Below are positions 1-10,548 of a stretch of 64,000 nt of DNA, in pieces (positions within the stretch are counted from its first letter, which is position 1; every line of letters starts with the position of its first letter). This stretch comes from Andalucia godoyi And28 (Eukaryota; Protista; Jakobida), in contig VRVR01000040.1 of assembly GCA_009859145.1 (NCBI GenBank), positions 120,460 through 184,459 on the forward strand. The letters are read 5' to 3'. The translations under genes and the position numbers were made by a program. Below the pieces are notes generated by a model. That model had not been told where the DNA came from. It saw only the letters and a program-made list of their open reading frames with translations, and ran no database searches.

Positions 1-570
1 CGCAATAAACTCTCTCTCTCTCTCTATCTGTCTGTCTGTCGCGCTCGCGCGCTCGCTTGCCTGCTTCTTTCTTTCTTTTCCTTTGCTCCACATATTCACA
101 GAAAATGCGTGACGACGGAGATCCTGTTGCACTGATTGGATAGTGGTTTCCATCTGCTGTAAGAAATGTTTGATAACGACCTTTTTTCTTTTCCGTCTAT
201 AAAAATGTTCGCAAGTTTGTTCCGTTGTTGTTGGCATATTCATCATTCGAATATCATCTGGTGCCGATAGATGATCTCGACAATCATAGCAAATTGAGTG
301 TCTACTTGCCTAAATACCTTCCTAGCAATACAACAATATATCGTTGTGAATCTGTGGTGGTTGGGGTGCTCTTTCTCGGGATCATCAGCTTTTTTGTTTT
401 GTTTTGTTTTGTTTTGTTTTGTTTTGGAAAGAGTAGGTTTATTGGGAAGATTTCGTTTTAGTCATTCCGTGCTTTAAACAGAGTTGTAATTTATTGCAGA
501 TATCTTCGTTTCTCTTTCCATTCATTTTGCAAAAGTTGAAGAAGAAGAAAAAGATAAGAAGAAGCAGCAG

Positions 571-2979
571 ATGGAAAAGATGAGTGCGAGCAATGCTCGA
601 GTTTCTGTTGCGATTCGCATGCGTCCTGGTGCGGGTGAGATTCTTCGGAAGGACACAAACAATCCGTCGGTTATCAACTTGTTTGATCCACGCGTGACAG
701 GGTCTGAGCGTGTTGAGCGGGAGTTTGGGTTTGACAAGATTTTTGATGACGATGCGACACAAGAAGCTGTTTTCGATCATGTGTGCAAGCCGCTTGTTGA
801 GCATGTGTTTGAAGGATTCAATGCATGCTGTTTTGCGTACGGTCAAACAGGCTCCGGTAAGACTTATTCCATCTTTGGACTTGCGGGTGAGAAGCGAGGA
901 GTTGTTCCCAGAGCCATGGAATGCATCTTTGAAACGATTGAGAAGCGGAGACCTTACGCTCACATTGCTACGTTCGTCTCGTTTCTTGAGATTTACATGG
1001 ATGACATTGGGGATCTGGGAAAAATTTATGTGGACCAGAAACAGGCGTCCAGGTCAGCACCAGCGACATCCAGGATTGAATATAACCCACCGTCGCAACG
1101 ACTGGAAAATCCTCAGAAACCCGCTTCTGCTTCCATGAGACCAAGTTCTGCGTCTGTTCGGCCAGCGTCGGCGGTTTCGAGACCCGGTTCTGCATACACT
1201 GGATATGCAGGCTCCGTGATGAGTACGGGATTGGTTCGAAAGCCGGATATGACTCAGCGAAAGTACTTTGATGAAAAATTGGATATTCGGGAAAATCCAG
1301 ATGGCTCTGTGTTTGTGAAGGATTTGGCCACGATTCCTGTCAGTTCGGTTTCAGAGGTCATGGAGATCATCAATCTGGGAGTTGCACAGCGGGCGACGTT
1401 TGAAACAATGATGAATGCCTATTCCTCCCGCTCACATACGATCTTCACAATCACCATTGTACAGACGAACAAAACAACAGAGGAGACCATGACCGGAATG
1501 TTGAATTTGGTGGATTTGGCTGGCTCCGAGCGGCTAAAAAGATCCGAGTCTGAGGGGCAGCGATTCAAGGAAGCAGTGGTGATCAACAAGTCGCTGAGCG
1601 CGCTCGGTAACGTTATTTTAGGTCTCGATTCGAATGCAAATTACATCCATTATCGAGATTCCAAGCTCACGAGAATCTTGCAGGATTCTCTGGGCGGCAA
1701 CTCTTTCACCACGCTGCTGGCGACTACGTATCCTACGATTGACAATTACGAAGAGTGCATGGCAACTCTGCAGTTTGCGAAGCGCTGCAAGAACGTGCAG
1801 AATCATCCACGAGTCAACTATGTAGAGCTCTCTGCGGCGCAGCAGGAAGGCAGGATTCGAAAGCTCCAAGAAGAAATTGCGAGATTGCGAGAAGAGAAGG
1901 AACAACAACAGGATCAGTTTCAGAGAAAGATGAATGAGCTGATGTCAAAAATGAGCATGTTTGGAGTGCAGTTTGACGCAGATGGGACGATCCTCGGTAC
2001 GCGCAGTGCTCGAGGTATCGGAGACGGATTTGGTGGTTCTGGCGGTCTTGGAGGGGCGTCCGGCGGTGGTACGGGATCTGATGAGGCGTCTTCTTCCTTC
2101 CGGAAGAAGGCTGAGCATGCGGAGAAAGAACGTGAGCAGCTGAATAAGAAGCTAGAGGAACGAAGAATCGCGTTTGCAAAGGCACAAGAACAAGCGCGAT
2201 CTGAGGTTGGCAAGCATGCCGCCGAGGTGTCGGATTTGAAGTCACGGATTGCGCAACTGCAGGACCAACTCACATCTTTGCAGTCTTCCAAAGATACAGA
2301 GCTGGAAAATGCTCGACGATCTCTTGCAACAGAACTCGAGAGGATACAGGGTGGCAATGATCGAATCTTTGCTGAACAGTTAAAGCTTCTGCAGAATCTT
2401 CCAGAGGCGTTCAAGGCGGCAATGAAGAGCAGCATATCCCCTGAAGCGACCAATCGATTGTCCAAAGGTGCAATCTCGGAAGAACACCATCGACAGTTGC
2501 TACGGGCCATCGATGCGAGCAACTCTCAGGCTCTAACACAGATTCGAGACATGTACCAGTCGTTCATCCAGTCTGCCAGGAATGAAATCTGCAACATCAA
2601 GTACAAGGCAGAGCAAGAAAAGAAGGATTTTGAGCAAAGGATTCTGGAAACTGGTCGCCAACGCGATCTCTTGTACCAACTGACTCTGAATCTTGTGCGA
2701 ATTGCAGAAAGTGGAAAGACATTTCCTAAACACGTTGGCGGAACTGGCATCGTGCTCCCCGAGTACAATCCGCTCATGAAGTTTGATACAAGTGTGCTGG
2801 ACCATTGTGTCAAGAGATCAGCAGTTATTGTCAAGGAAGCAGAAGACCCGCTGCGGCCAGTCGTCCCAAGATCTCATTCTCGAACTGCCTCCATGCAAAG
2901 CCTAACTTCTCCTATGACTGTCTCGTCGTCGCTTGCAAACACCCCCCGACCAACCTCTGCCCGGCCATCTTATTACTAA
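571..2979 (+). CDS. Kinesin motor protein (N-terminal motor, coiled-coil stalk), subfamily unresolved
   Basis: P-loop FAYGQTGSGKT, switch I SSRSHTIF, switch II LVDLAGSER, INKSLSALGNVI and HYRDSKLTRILQDSLGGN are present, followed by coiled coil. The motor has an ~85-aa low-complexity insertion. Confidence 0.95.
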   Translation: MEKMSASNARVSVAIRMRPGAGEILRKDTNNPSVINLFDPRVTGSERVEREFGFDKIFDDDATQEAVFDHVCKPLVEHVFEGFNACCFAYGQTGSGKTYSIFGLAGEKRGVVPRAMECIFETIEKRRPYAHIATFVSFLEIYMDDIGDLGKIYVDQKQASRSAPATSRIEYNPPSQRLENPQKPASASMRPSSASVRPASAVSRPGSAYTGYAGSVMSTGLVRKPDMTQRKYFDEKLDIRENPDGSVFVKDLATIPVSSVSEVMEIINLGVAQRATFETMMNAYSSRSHTIFTITIVQTNKTTEETMTGMLNLVDLAGSERLKRSESEGQRFKEAVVINKSLSALGNVILGLDSNANYIHYRDSKLTRILQDSLGGNSFTTLLATTYPTIDNYEECMATLQFAKRCKNVQNHPRVNYVELSAAQQEGRIRKLQEEIARLREEKEQQQDQFQRKMNELMSKMSMFGVQFDADGTILGTRSARGIGDGFGGSGGLGGASGGGTGSDEASSSFRKKAEHAEKEREQLNKKLEERRIAFAKAQEQARSEVGKHAAEVSDLKSRIAQLQDQLTSLQSSKDTELENARRSLATELERIQGGNDRIFAEQLKLLQNLPEAFKAAMKSSISPEATNRLSKGAISEEHHRQLLRAIDASNSQALTQIRDMYQSFIQSARNEICNIKYKAEQEKKDFEQRILETGRQRDLLYQLTLNLVRIAESGKTFPKHVGGTGIVLPEYNPLMKFDTSVLDHCVKRSAVIVKEAEDPLRPVVPRSHSRTASMQSLTSPMTVSSSLANTPRPTSARPSYY

Positions 2980-3129
2980 CTCGTCCTGATTTTTTATTCA
3001 TTTTATTCTTTATTCACTGTTCTTTGAAAAACGTTTGTTTTTGGTTTTATTATTATTATTAAAAACATCCTGCGTGAATTGAATCGTCATCTCGCTCTTC
3101 TCATTCCCCTCGCTTTCCTTGTCCCCCCC

Positions 3130-3130
<1 letters not shown>

Positions 3131-3160
<30 letters not shown>
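3131..3160. repeat. (AC)15 microsatellite
   Basis: Read directly; intergenic. Confidence 0.95.
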
Positions 3161-3162
<2 letters not shown>

Positions 3163-3516
3163 TCACTGCAGCCATGATCGAGGTAGTCCAACTGCATACG
3201 TCCCAAAAATCTCTTCCCGTGCGAAGGAACGTCTGTCGTAATCGGAGTCAGCTCTCAAAATGGTACACTGAACGAAGGAACGAATGGAACGAAAGGAACG
3301 AATGGATTTGCGATTTGTCCACTTGGTTTCTTGCAAAAACGTCGCTGTACGATTTGTTTCAAATCACGTTCGTTTATTATTGCTGCTCGTGAAGACCTAA
3401 GAGACTCGAGACTTGGCACACCATCATCATTTGCACATTGAACAGGGATATTCCTGCAGTTCCGAGTTTGCATCTTCGTTCTTTGTTTGTTGGATAGCGT
3501 TGTTTTGTTGTTTTGT

Positions 3517-3547
<31 letters not shown>

Positions 3548-3661
3548 GATCGTTCTAAACCGTGCTTGTCTCGTTTGGCCCTCAAAAGAGAAATTTTTTA
3601 ATTTTTAAAAAATTATCTTTTTTGTTTGGGTAGGGACGGTGGCCGTTGAAGCTTGCAGAAC

Positions 3662-6600
3662 ATGTTTCGGCATCATGGATCATCGATGTCTGTGGACGGT
3701 GGTGCTTCATTAGGCCCTTCAAGCATGGAGGATGTGTTTCGCATGGCTCTTCAAAATAATGATATTGCGCAAGTTCAGGCATGTATTGCGTCTGGAATGT
3801 CAGTCGAGACGCAGTTTGATTTCGGAAAGACTCCTTTGATGATTGCTGCTGAGCGGGGATACTCTGCGATCGTCGAGTTGCTCGTGGTTCACGGTGCAAA
3901 GGTCCTTTCCTCGGATGAGGCGATGAAGTTCCCTATCATGCATGCTGCAGAACATGGGCATCTCGACATCGTCAAGTTTCTTGCGAAAAACGGGGCTGCT
4001 TTGGACATTCACAATTTCAGAGGACATTCTGCGCTGACGCTGTCCATCATTCACAACCACTTAAATATAGTCAGGTGGCTTCTGGATGCGGGTGCCGATG
4101 TCAATTCTCCGAATGATGGTGGGTTTACTCCATTGATGATGGCTGCAGAAAAGGGGTTTTTGCTCATTGTGCAACTGCTGGTCGACAGGGGTGCGGACAT
4201 CACGGCAAGAACCAAACGAGGCCATACTGCACTTTCGCTAGCGAAAAAGTACAAAAGAGACTCTGTTGTCTCGTATTTGCAAGGTTTGCAAAATCATCCA
4301 GATCACACAGACGACGAAGCGGACGCTGCTACTGCGTCGAAGGAGCGACGAGAGAGTATAGCGTCAAGCCACCCGATCGCAGAGAGTGCTAAACCTGGAG
4401 ACGATGATGCATCTGAGGAGTCAAAGAATCGAACGTCCCGACGGCATGTTACGATTATGAAGAAGGTACGTTCTTCCATCAACCTGACGGATGCTGCTCG
4501 GCAAGGTGTGGTCGCTGCAGTTCATCATGTCCTAGAGATGCAGGACGACGTGGATGGCACTGAGGCCCTCGTGATTGCAGTGGAAAAGGGATTTCCTGAT
4601 ATTGCACAGGTTCTCTTGGAAAAGGGCACGTCGGCAGATGCCCGCAATGCTGCTGGAGATCCGCTGCTGCTGATTTCCTATCGGTTGCGAAATCGATCCT
4701 TGTCCGAACTTCTGCTTTCGTGGGAAGCAAGCCCACTTGTGGAAAACAAGCACGGAATGACTCCTCTTGCATTGGCAGCGTCCGAAGGAAATCTCGAATG
4801 GGTTGCATTTTACGTTCAAAAGGGGGCACCTGCAAATGGTCCTTTTGCGTCTGGAAAAATTCCTCTGTTGTTGGCTGCCGCGCACGGTCACGAGGATGTT
4901 GTGCGGTATCTTGTTGATGAAGCGAATGCGTCAGTGCACATCAAGAACACTTCTGGGGTGACTGCCTTGATGCAAGCTTGCTGGAATGGATATTGGTCCA
5001 TCGCTGCGTTCTTGCTTGCGCATGGAGCAGATGCACACGTTGTGGACGAAGACGGCGATACTGCTCTGTCGAAGGCTTGTCAACATGGCCATGTGGCTGT
5101 CGTGGAGCATCTTTTGCTCGAGCACAACGTTGCCGTCAATACTGTCCACTCCGTTTCGGGCATGACTCCTTTGATGCTCGCTTGCCAAGGTCCGCATGCG
5201 AGGATCGTTCAATTGCTGCTGGACCATGGCGCGTCAATCTTCCCAAAGACCAAGAAATCGAAAACAGCGCTGTTGTACGCTGTGAAGAGCTCGAATTGGG
5301 ATGTCGTTGAGCTTTTGCTGCAGAGAAACGCGGAAGTCATTCCTGGTCAACAGCTCTTCAAGGATGCACTTCTTATGGCCGCTGGGGCGGGGCATGCTCA
5401 GGTTGTCCGGTTGCTGCTCGATCGCGGCGTTCCTATTGAATCAAAAAACCACTGCCAGGCCACGCCACTTATCTATGCCGTTGAACAGGCCCCGGTCATC
5501 AACGTTACGTCCATCGGGCTTCCCAGACAGCACCATCATTCTCTTCCTACCCAGCATTCTCAAGCACCCCCAGCAAGGCAGGCCGGGCACATGTCGCTGA
5601 TCTCCGCTCATTCTGGCCATGGTTCTTTGCACTCCGAAGGGTTCTCTGCGGATCAGACCCTTGTGCAAAACGATCTGTATGTCCCTGCAGTGTCCACGAG
5701 TATTCGCGTGTCCACTGGTACTTCTGATGATGCAGCATCGACAGAACGCAAAGCCCAGTCGGAAGCCGCGACGTTAGAGAAGGTCCATCTTGACACGGAT
5801 GACGCAGACTCCTGCGGTGGGGATGCTGTTGCTGCCGCGACTGTTGTTGCAGATGTCGTTGCTGTTGATGTCGATGTTGGCCATGTCGAAGAGCCTGCTG
5901 CTTCCGATCTGCGAGGAAAATCGGCTGTTGTTTCCCATGCAAAGGCTGGTGAGCCGCATGCAGATGCAGAACATCCCCAGTCTGCGTCGACACCCGACAA
6001 TGGATCAGCGTCGGCTCTGCACAAGGCGGAATTATGTTTGCACCCACCGGGGCCCGTTGCGAACGGTCTGGAAGAAGTACTTACCTTGCTACTTGATAGG
6101 GGTGCAAATGTGAATGCACATCAGTATCAACGAAGAACAGCGTTGCACATTGCAGTAGAGAAAGGCTATGCCTCGGTTGTGAAACTTCTATTGGCCAGGG
6201 GGGCCAATCCCAATGCGACTGCCGGGTACCATACGACTCCGTTAATGATTGCGGCCGCGCATAACCAGGTGGAAATTGTGCGATATCTCATCTCAAGTGG
6301 CGCAGATACTGCCCTGCGTGATGAGCAAGAAATGTCGGCCGTTTCACATGCGGCGCAGAAACGGCACGTCGATGTCTTGCTCGTTCTCCTGCTCGATTCC
6401 GACGCTGAAATGGACGGACTCAGTGGGTACTCGTTTTTGCTGAACTCTGTCTTTGGCTTCTTTTCAAAGTCTCGATTTCTGGAGAAGATTGCAAAGGGTA
6501 ATATCCCGCTCGAAGCCGAGTTCAGATATGCTGCTCTGGTAGGTACCTGGTTTGTTGTCAAGCTCCTTGCACAGCAGATTCCGAAGCACAATGTTGACAT

Positions 6601-6886
6601 TCCTTCGCCCTATGGCAATACCGCCCTCATCCTCGCAGCTGCGCTCAACCACATTGATGTTGCAAAGTATCTGATTGACGAAGCAAAGTGTAATATCGAT
6701 CTGGTCAACCTTGACGGAATGACAGCACTCCACGTGGCCTCATCCCTTGGACACTTGTCCATGGTGAAGCTGCTGGTCGAACGCGGTGCATCTTCCAAGA
6801 CTGTAGACAACAGAAGACGGACAGCTGCCCGTTGTGCGAAAGAAGCAGGACAAAATGATATTGTAGAATTCCTGAAGGATGCATAA
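3662..6886 (+). CDS. Multi-ankyrin-repeat protein (~1070 aa)
   Basis: Many GxTPLxxAAxxGHxxxVxxLLxxGA units in three blocks separated by low-complexity linkers. First ATG is at 3662; the track starts at a TTG at 3653. Confidence 0.92.
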   Translation: MFRHHGSSMSVDGGASLGPSSMEDVFRMALQNNDIAQVQACIASGMSVETQFDFGKTPLMIAAERGYSAIVELLVVHGAKVLSSDEAMKFPIMHAAEHGHLDIVKFLAKNGAALDIHNFRGHSALTLSIIHNHLNIVRWLLDAGADVNSPNDGGFTPLMMAAEKGFLLIVQLLVDRGADITARTKRGHTALSLAKKYKRDSVVSYLQGLQNHPDHTDDEADAATASKERRESIASSHPIAESAKPGDDDASEESKNRTSRRHVTIMKKVRSSINLTDAARQGVVAAVHHVLEMQDDVDGTEALVIAVEKGFPDIAQVLLEKGTSADARNAAGDPLLLISYRLRNRSLSELLLSWEASPLVENKHGMTPLALAASEGNLEWVAFYVQKGAPANGPFASGKIPLLLAAAHGHEDVVRYLVDEANASVHIKNTSGVTALMQACWNGYWSIAAFLLAHGADAHVVDEDGDTALSKACQHGHVAVVEHLLLEHNVAVNTVHSVSGMTPLMLACQGPHARIVQLLLDHGASIFPKTKKSKTALLYAVKSSNWDVVELLLQRNAEVIPGQQLFKDALLMAAGAGHAQVVRLLLDRGVPIESKNHCQATPLIYAVEQAPVINVTSIGLPRQHHHSLPTQHSQAPPARQAGHMSLISAHSGHGSLHSEGFSADQTLVQNDLYVPAVSTSIRVSTGTSDDAASTERKAQSEAATLEKVHLDTDDADSCGGDAVAAATVVADVVAVDVDVGHVEEPAASDLRGKSAVVSHAKAGEPHADAEHPQSASTPDNGSASALHKAELCLHPPGPVANGLEEVLTLLLDRGANVNAHQYQRRTALHIAVEKGYASVVKLLLARGANPNATAGYHTTPLMIAAAHNQVEIVRYLISSGADTALRDEQEMSAVSHAAQKRHVDVLLVLLLDSDAEMDGLSGYSFLLNSVFGFFSKSRFLEKIAKGNIPLEAEFRYAALVGTWFVVKLLAQQIPKHNVDIPSPYGNTALILAAALNHIDVAKYLIDEAKCNIDLVNLDGMTALHVASSLGHLSMVKLLVERGASSKTVDNRRRTAARCAKEAGQNDIVEFLKDA

Positions 6887-7401
6887 GCATCAAAAACACC
6901 CAAACAATCCTGAGCATGCTTCGTTTCTTTGTCTTTTTGTTTGATACTCTTTATTTTTGCTTTGTTTGTTTTGTTTGATTTGTCCGTTTGGAGCGGGATG
7001 ATTGATGATTTACATGATTATTATTATTTTGATTACATTTGTATTGCATAAACTATGAACCATTTTTTTACATCGCTTTTTCTTTCTTGTGATGCTTCGT
7101 CTTGTTTCTGAATTGCCTTCCCGTCCGTACTTCACAGAGCGTCTTCGGTTCAAGGAGCCTGTTTTTCGCTTCGCAGGACACTCCACTTTGCACTGGTTTC
7201 TGTCCATGTGCGAAATCGCCTGTAAAATAAAAAAATGCATGCGCCAAACCAAACAAGGAAAAACCCAGTATCGATCGATGGGTATTGGCTGCTTCCGCGA
7301 CCGTCCGAGTCTCTGCATTTTCGACCATTTTCCTTACCCGATTGCAGCGTCAGTGCAGCCGAGAAAAGAAGAAAAAAGCAAAAGAGAGAAGAGAAACAAG
7401 A

Positions 7402-8412
7402 ATGCTTCCGATCAACGAAGTCGATTTCCTTTCGAAGTGCATCAAGGAGAATATTCGAAGTGACGGACGATCGTTTAGCGAGATGCGCACGCTTCGTTTG
7501 TCTCTCTCGTTTTCCCAAGATGCTGCGCACACGTTTTCCGCGGATTCATCCTCCAAAATGCCGTCAATTCCAAATGCAAGCATACCAAGTCATAAGAGCA
7601 GCAGCAATAGTAGTAGCAGTAGTTCCAGTGGTAGTGGCGATGGTAGCAGTAATAGTGGTAGGGTGTATCCGGCATATGGAACTTGCGAAGCGCAACTTGG
7701 CAAAACCCGAGTGATTACTACGTGTTCGTATGCGATTACAGAGCCATTTGAAGACCGGCCGACAGAGGGGTTTCTATCGTTTTCTGTTTCGTACTCACTG
7801 AGCAGTCCGCTTGGTCTGTCTTCTGCGCCGCGCGTCTCCGAGGCGTTTCTGGAGCGTGTATTGGAGCGCACGATCAAGGCATCTAAGGCAATTGACACGG
7901 AATCCTTGTGTATTTTATCCGGGGAACGAGTCTGGAGTATTTCTGCAAGTGTGAGAATCATCGAAGATGACGGAAATGTCGTGGACTGTGCATCCATTAG
8001 CTGTGCAGCTGCACTTCTTCACTTTCGCAAACCCGAAGTGTCGCTCGACGGGCTTGTTCTGACTGACAAGGACCCTGTTCCGCTTTCGATCCACCATATG
8101 CCGCTGTGTGTGTCATTTGCTTTTGTCCAGGACCCAGAGTCCGAAATGATGTATAAGATCTTGATCGATCCGCTCAGAATGGAGGAGGACTACATGGGCG
8201 GGTTCATGACTGTTGCAATGAATGTGCACGGCGAAGTGTGCCTGGTGCACAAGAATGGAGGAACCTTGGTGTCCGATGATGTGTTACCAGCATGCATGGA
8301 GCTTACCGAGTCCCGAGTGAGGGAAATCTACACTTCGATCCGCACTGCGATCAACCAGGATGCAGAAGACCGAAGAAAACGGTTCCACAGAACTTGGGCG
8401 AAAGCACAGTAA
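7402..8412 (+). CDS. RRP45: Exosome complex RNase PH-like subunit RRP45/EXOSC9
   Basis: N-terminal RSDGRSFSEMR, CEAQLGKTRV, PFEDRPTEG, KAIDTESLCILSGERVWSI, DDGNVVDCAS, ALLHFRKPEV, PLSIHHMP. Has a Ser-rich insertion. Start placed at ATG 7402. Confidence 0.92.
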   Translation: MLPINEVDFLSKCIKENIRSDGRSFSEMRTLRLSLSFSQDAAHTFSADSSSKMPSIPNASIPSHKSSSNSSSSSSSGSGDGSSNSGRVYPAYGTCEAQLGKTRVITTCSYAITEPFEDRPTEGFLSFSVSYSLSSPLGLSSAPRVSEAFLERVLERTIKASKAIDTESLCILSGERVWSISASVRIIEDDGNVVDCASISCAAALLHFRKPEVSLDGLVLTDKDPVPLSIHHMPLCVSFAFVQDPESEMMYKILIDPLRMEEDYMGGFMTVAMNVHGEVCLVHKNGGTLVSDDVLPACMELTESRVREIYTSIRTAINQDAEDRRKRFHRTWAKAQ

Positions 8413-9011
8413 AAGTATTGTTTTTAATTTAAAATTTTCCCAAAAAAGAAAACCTTTCTCTTTTTTAATGCTGCTCATGTTCACTGCAGGGCTTTTTTGA
8501 TTTTGATTTTTGATGTTGTTTTGTTTTTAACCTTGTCACCGAAACAAGCTTCCTCGGTCCTGCGATTTCCATTCTAAAAGAGGATTTGGCTTGGCTCTGC
8601 GTCTGCTGTTGGTCTTCTCTGGAAAAATCCGGGAACGCTGAGACCCAAGCGTGAAGCGCACAGCGCGCTGGCTGCTGGTCGCTGACCGTCATTCGGGAGA
8701 GATGTTCCGGGCATCACCTGCTGTAGGGTGTTCCCGTCTTTGATCGTCCACCGGTAATTAGGGCTTCTTGTTAAGGTTGCAGGAAACAAAAGTCCGGCAG
8801 TAGTTTACCCTAGCACCATTCTCCTGTTGTTCGTAAGAGGAAACTGGCTAACCCTGCCCTCGCCTGGTTGGTGGCAAGGCAGGAAATCTCCAATTGGGGC
8901 AGTCAATTTGTGTTTATTTGCTGTCTCGTTTCCAAGTTTTTTTGGATAGTGATTTTATTTCTGTCCCGTTTTGATTGCGTTTTTCTGTATTCTCGATCCT
9001 CCACAGACACA

Positions 9012-9384
9012 ATGGCCGACAAGGGTGACCTTTACACTCCGCGCAAGTGCGCAGCAACCAACCGGATCATCACCGCCAAGGACCATGCCTCTGTTGCGTT
9101 GATCGTTGGACATGTTGACGAGTCGGGTCTCTACACCAAGAAGACCAACACCTTTGTCCTTTCTGGAGCCGTCCGCTCAAACGTATGTTCATTTTTTCCG
9201 TAGGAATGACGATTTTCCCCGCAAGCTTTTTATGTCCGGTTCTTCGTTTTCTAATCGTCTTTTTTCGTTTGATTGCTGGATTGCTTTTTGCCAACTTGTT
9301 TTCATTGAATGATGTGTTTAGGGAAAGTCGGATACCTCGTTGAACCGCCTCGCCATCGAGAAGGGTCTTGCCCGTGACATCTAA
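9012..9384 (+). CDS. RPS21: 40S ribosomal protein eS21, two exons (9012-9182, 9322-9384)
   Basis: [23 protein letters not shown] motif. Removing the GTATGT...TTTAG intron gives [25 protein letters not shown], matching the eS21 C-terminus. Confidence 0.95.
9183..9321 (+). other. Spliceosomal intron in RPS21 (139 nt)
   Basis: GTATGT donor, pyrimidine-rich body, TAG acceptor; splicing restores the reading frame. Confidence 0.9.
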
Positions 9385-9687
9385 AGTCATGCACGGACTC
9401 TGTTTGAATCGTGTCATGTAGAATTTGGAAAACACACATAAATCCACAAAAACATCCATCGCTTGTTGTATTTTCCCGACCGGCACTCTCTCGCCATTAA
9501 CTCTTATCCTCGTTCTGTCTTGTCGTTGTTTTGATCCTATTTACTATTACTGGCTTTCGCGGTCTCTTTTGCTTCGACAGTATGCGCATGCACTCGAGCA
9601 TGTGCTTCTTGGTAATTGGAACGGAGGTGATTGTTGTCCTGGTGGAGTGGTGATATTCCCTGGTGCCACCTCGTACGAGCCCATGTC

Positions 9688-10539
9688 CTACGACCACCAG
9701 AGTCCAATGGCAAACACAGCGAGCACTGCAACTCGGTTCCATGTCCACGGGCTTGGCGCCTCGACAACCGAGTCCTTGAAACACACTTTCGCAAACAAGA
9801 TCGGTTCGTGGAACGGCTGAAACGGCTCGAGCAAGATGCGGTGGTCAGAGTCCTCGTGCGGCACGACCTGCTTCAGCACAAACGGACCGTACCCTTTGAA
9901 TCGCGGGTCGTTTGCCACAAAAGCATACACAGGTTGCAACGAGTCTGTCGAGTGTACCTTTTCAATCACGCTCTGCGGAAGATCGACGTGCTCTTCTGTT
10001 GCTTCGTGGAGTAACCTTATTCCCACCGGATACCCATCGGAGCTCCCTTCGTGGTGCCGACAATACCGTGCGTTGGGACTGGGCAGCGGAAACACGTCGT
10101 CGATGGTTTCACGAAGCACGTCAACCCCTCCTACAAGTTGTCCATCGACGAACAGTTGTGGGAACGTCGGCCAGTTCGAGTATGCAGGAAGATGCGTACG
10201 GACCCATTCGTTCTCAATCACATCGACATACGCAAAGCTCACTTGTCGGGAATGCAGCAAGTTCAGAAAGCGAGCCGTGAATCCGCACTTTGGCTCTGCC
10301 GGCGTCCCCTTGATAAAGCACACCACTTTGTGCATCCGAACCATCCAGTCCAAATCGCAACCAGACTCCATTTTCCCCCGTCTCGTCTTTTCCGTGCTCC
10401 CAATATTCTTCGTTGCGCACTTACCGGTATATTCCTGCGTACGAATGAAAGGAGGCTCCATTGACAAAAACAAACGGCCTTTGACAATTCCACCATAACC
10501 CTCTGTACACACTGTTTTACTCTGCTCGACTCTACTCAT
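9688..10539 (-). CDS. Monothiol (CGFS-class, here CGFT) glutaredoxin with C-terminal extension and terminal hydrophobic segment
   Basis: FIKGTPAEPKCGFT, YSNWPTFPQLFVDGQLVGGVD; C-terminus VAVLAVFAIGLWWS. Start uncertain (10539 or 10371). Confidence 0.8.
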   Translation of the reverse strand: MSRVEQSKTVCTEGYGGIVKGRLFLSMEPPFIRTQEYTGKCATKNIGSTEKTRRGKMESGCDLDWMVRMHKVVCFIKGTPAEPKCGFTARFLNLLHSRQVSFAYVDVIENEWVRTHLPAYSNWPTFPQLFVDGQLVGGVDVLRETIDDVFPLPSPNARYCRHHEGSSDGYPVGIRLLHEATEEHVDLPQSVIEKVHSTDSLQPVYAFVANDPRFKGYGPFVLKQVVPHEDSDHRILLEPFQPFHEPILFAKVCFKDSVVEAPSPWTWNRVAVLAVFAIGLWWS

Positions 10540-10548
10540 CCAGAAATT

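Noticed and set aside
8647-8750. U3 snoRNA-like box B (AGCGTGAAGC) and a partial box C (TTGATCGT)
   Set aside because: No TGATGA box C, no downstream CTGA box D, and no recognisable 5' box A/A'.
9204-9225. Possible snoRNA in the RPS21 intron (ATGACGA plus TTTCCCCGC, complementary to LSU GCGGGGAAA)
   Set aside because: The guide is only 9-10 nt, is not followed by a D/D' box, and the intron contains no CTGA.
9383-9418. SECIS-like ATGA...AAA...GA hairpin on the minus strand downstream of the glutaredoxin
   Set aside because: The helix is too short and misregistered with the GA quartet, and it lies antisense to the RPS21 3' end.
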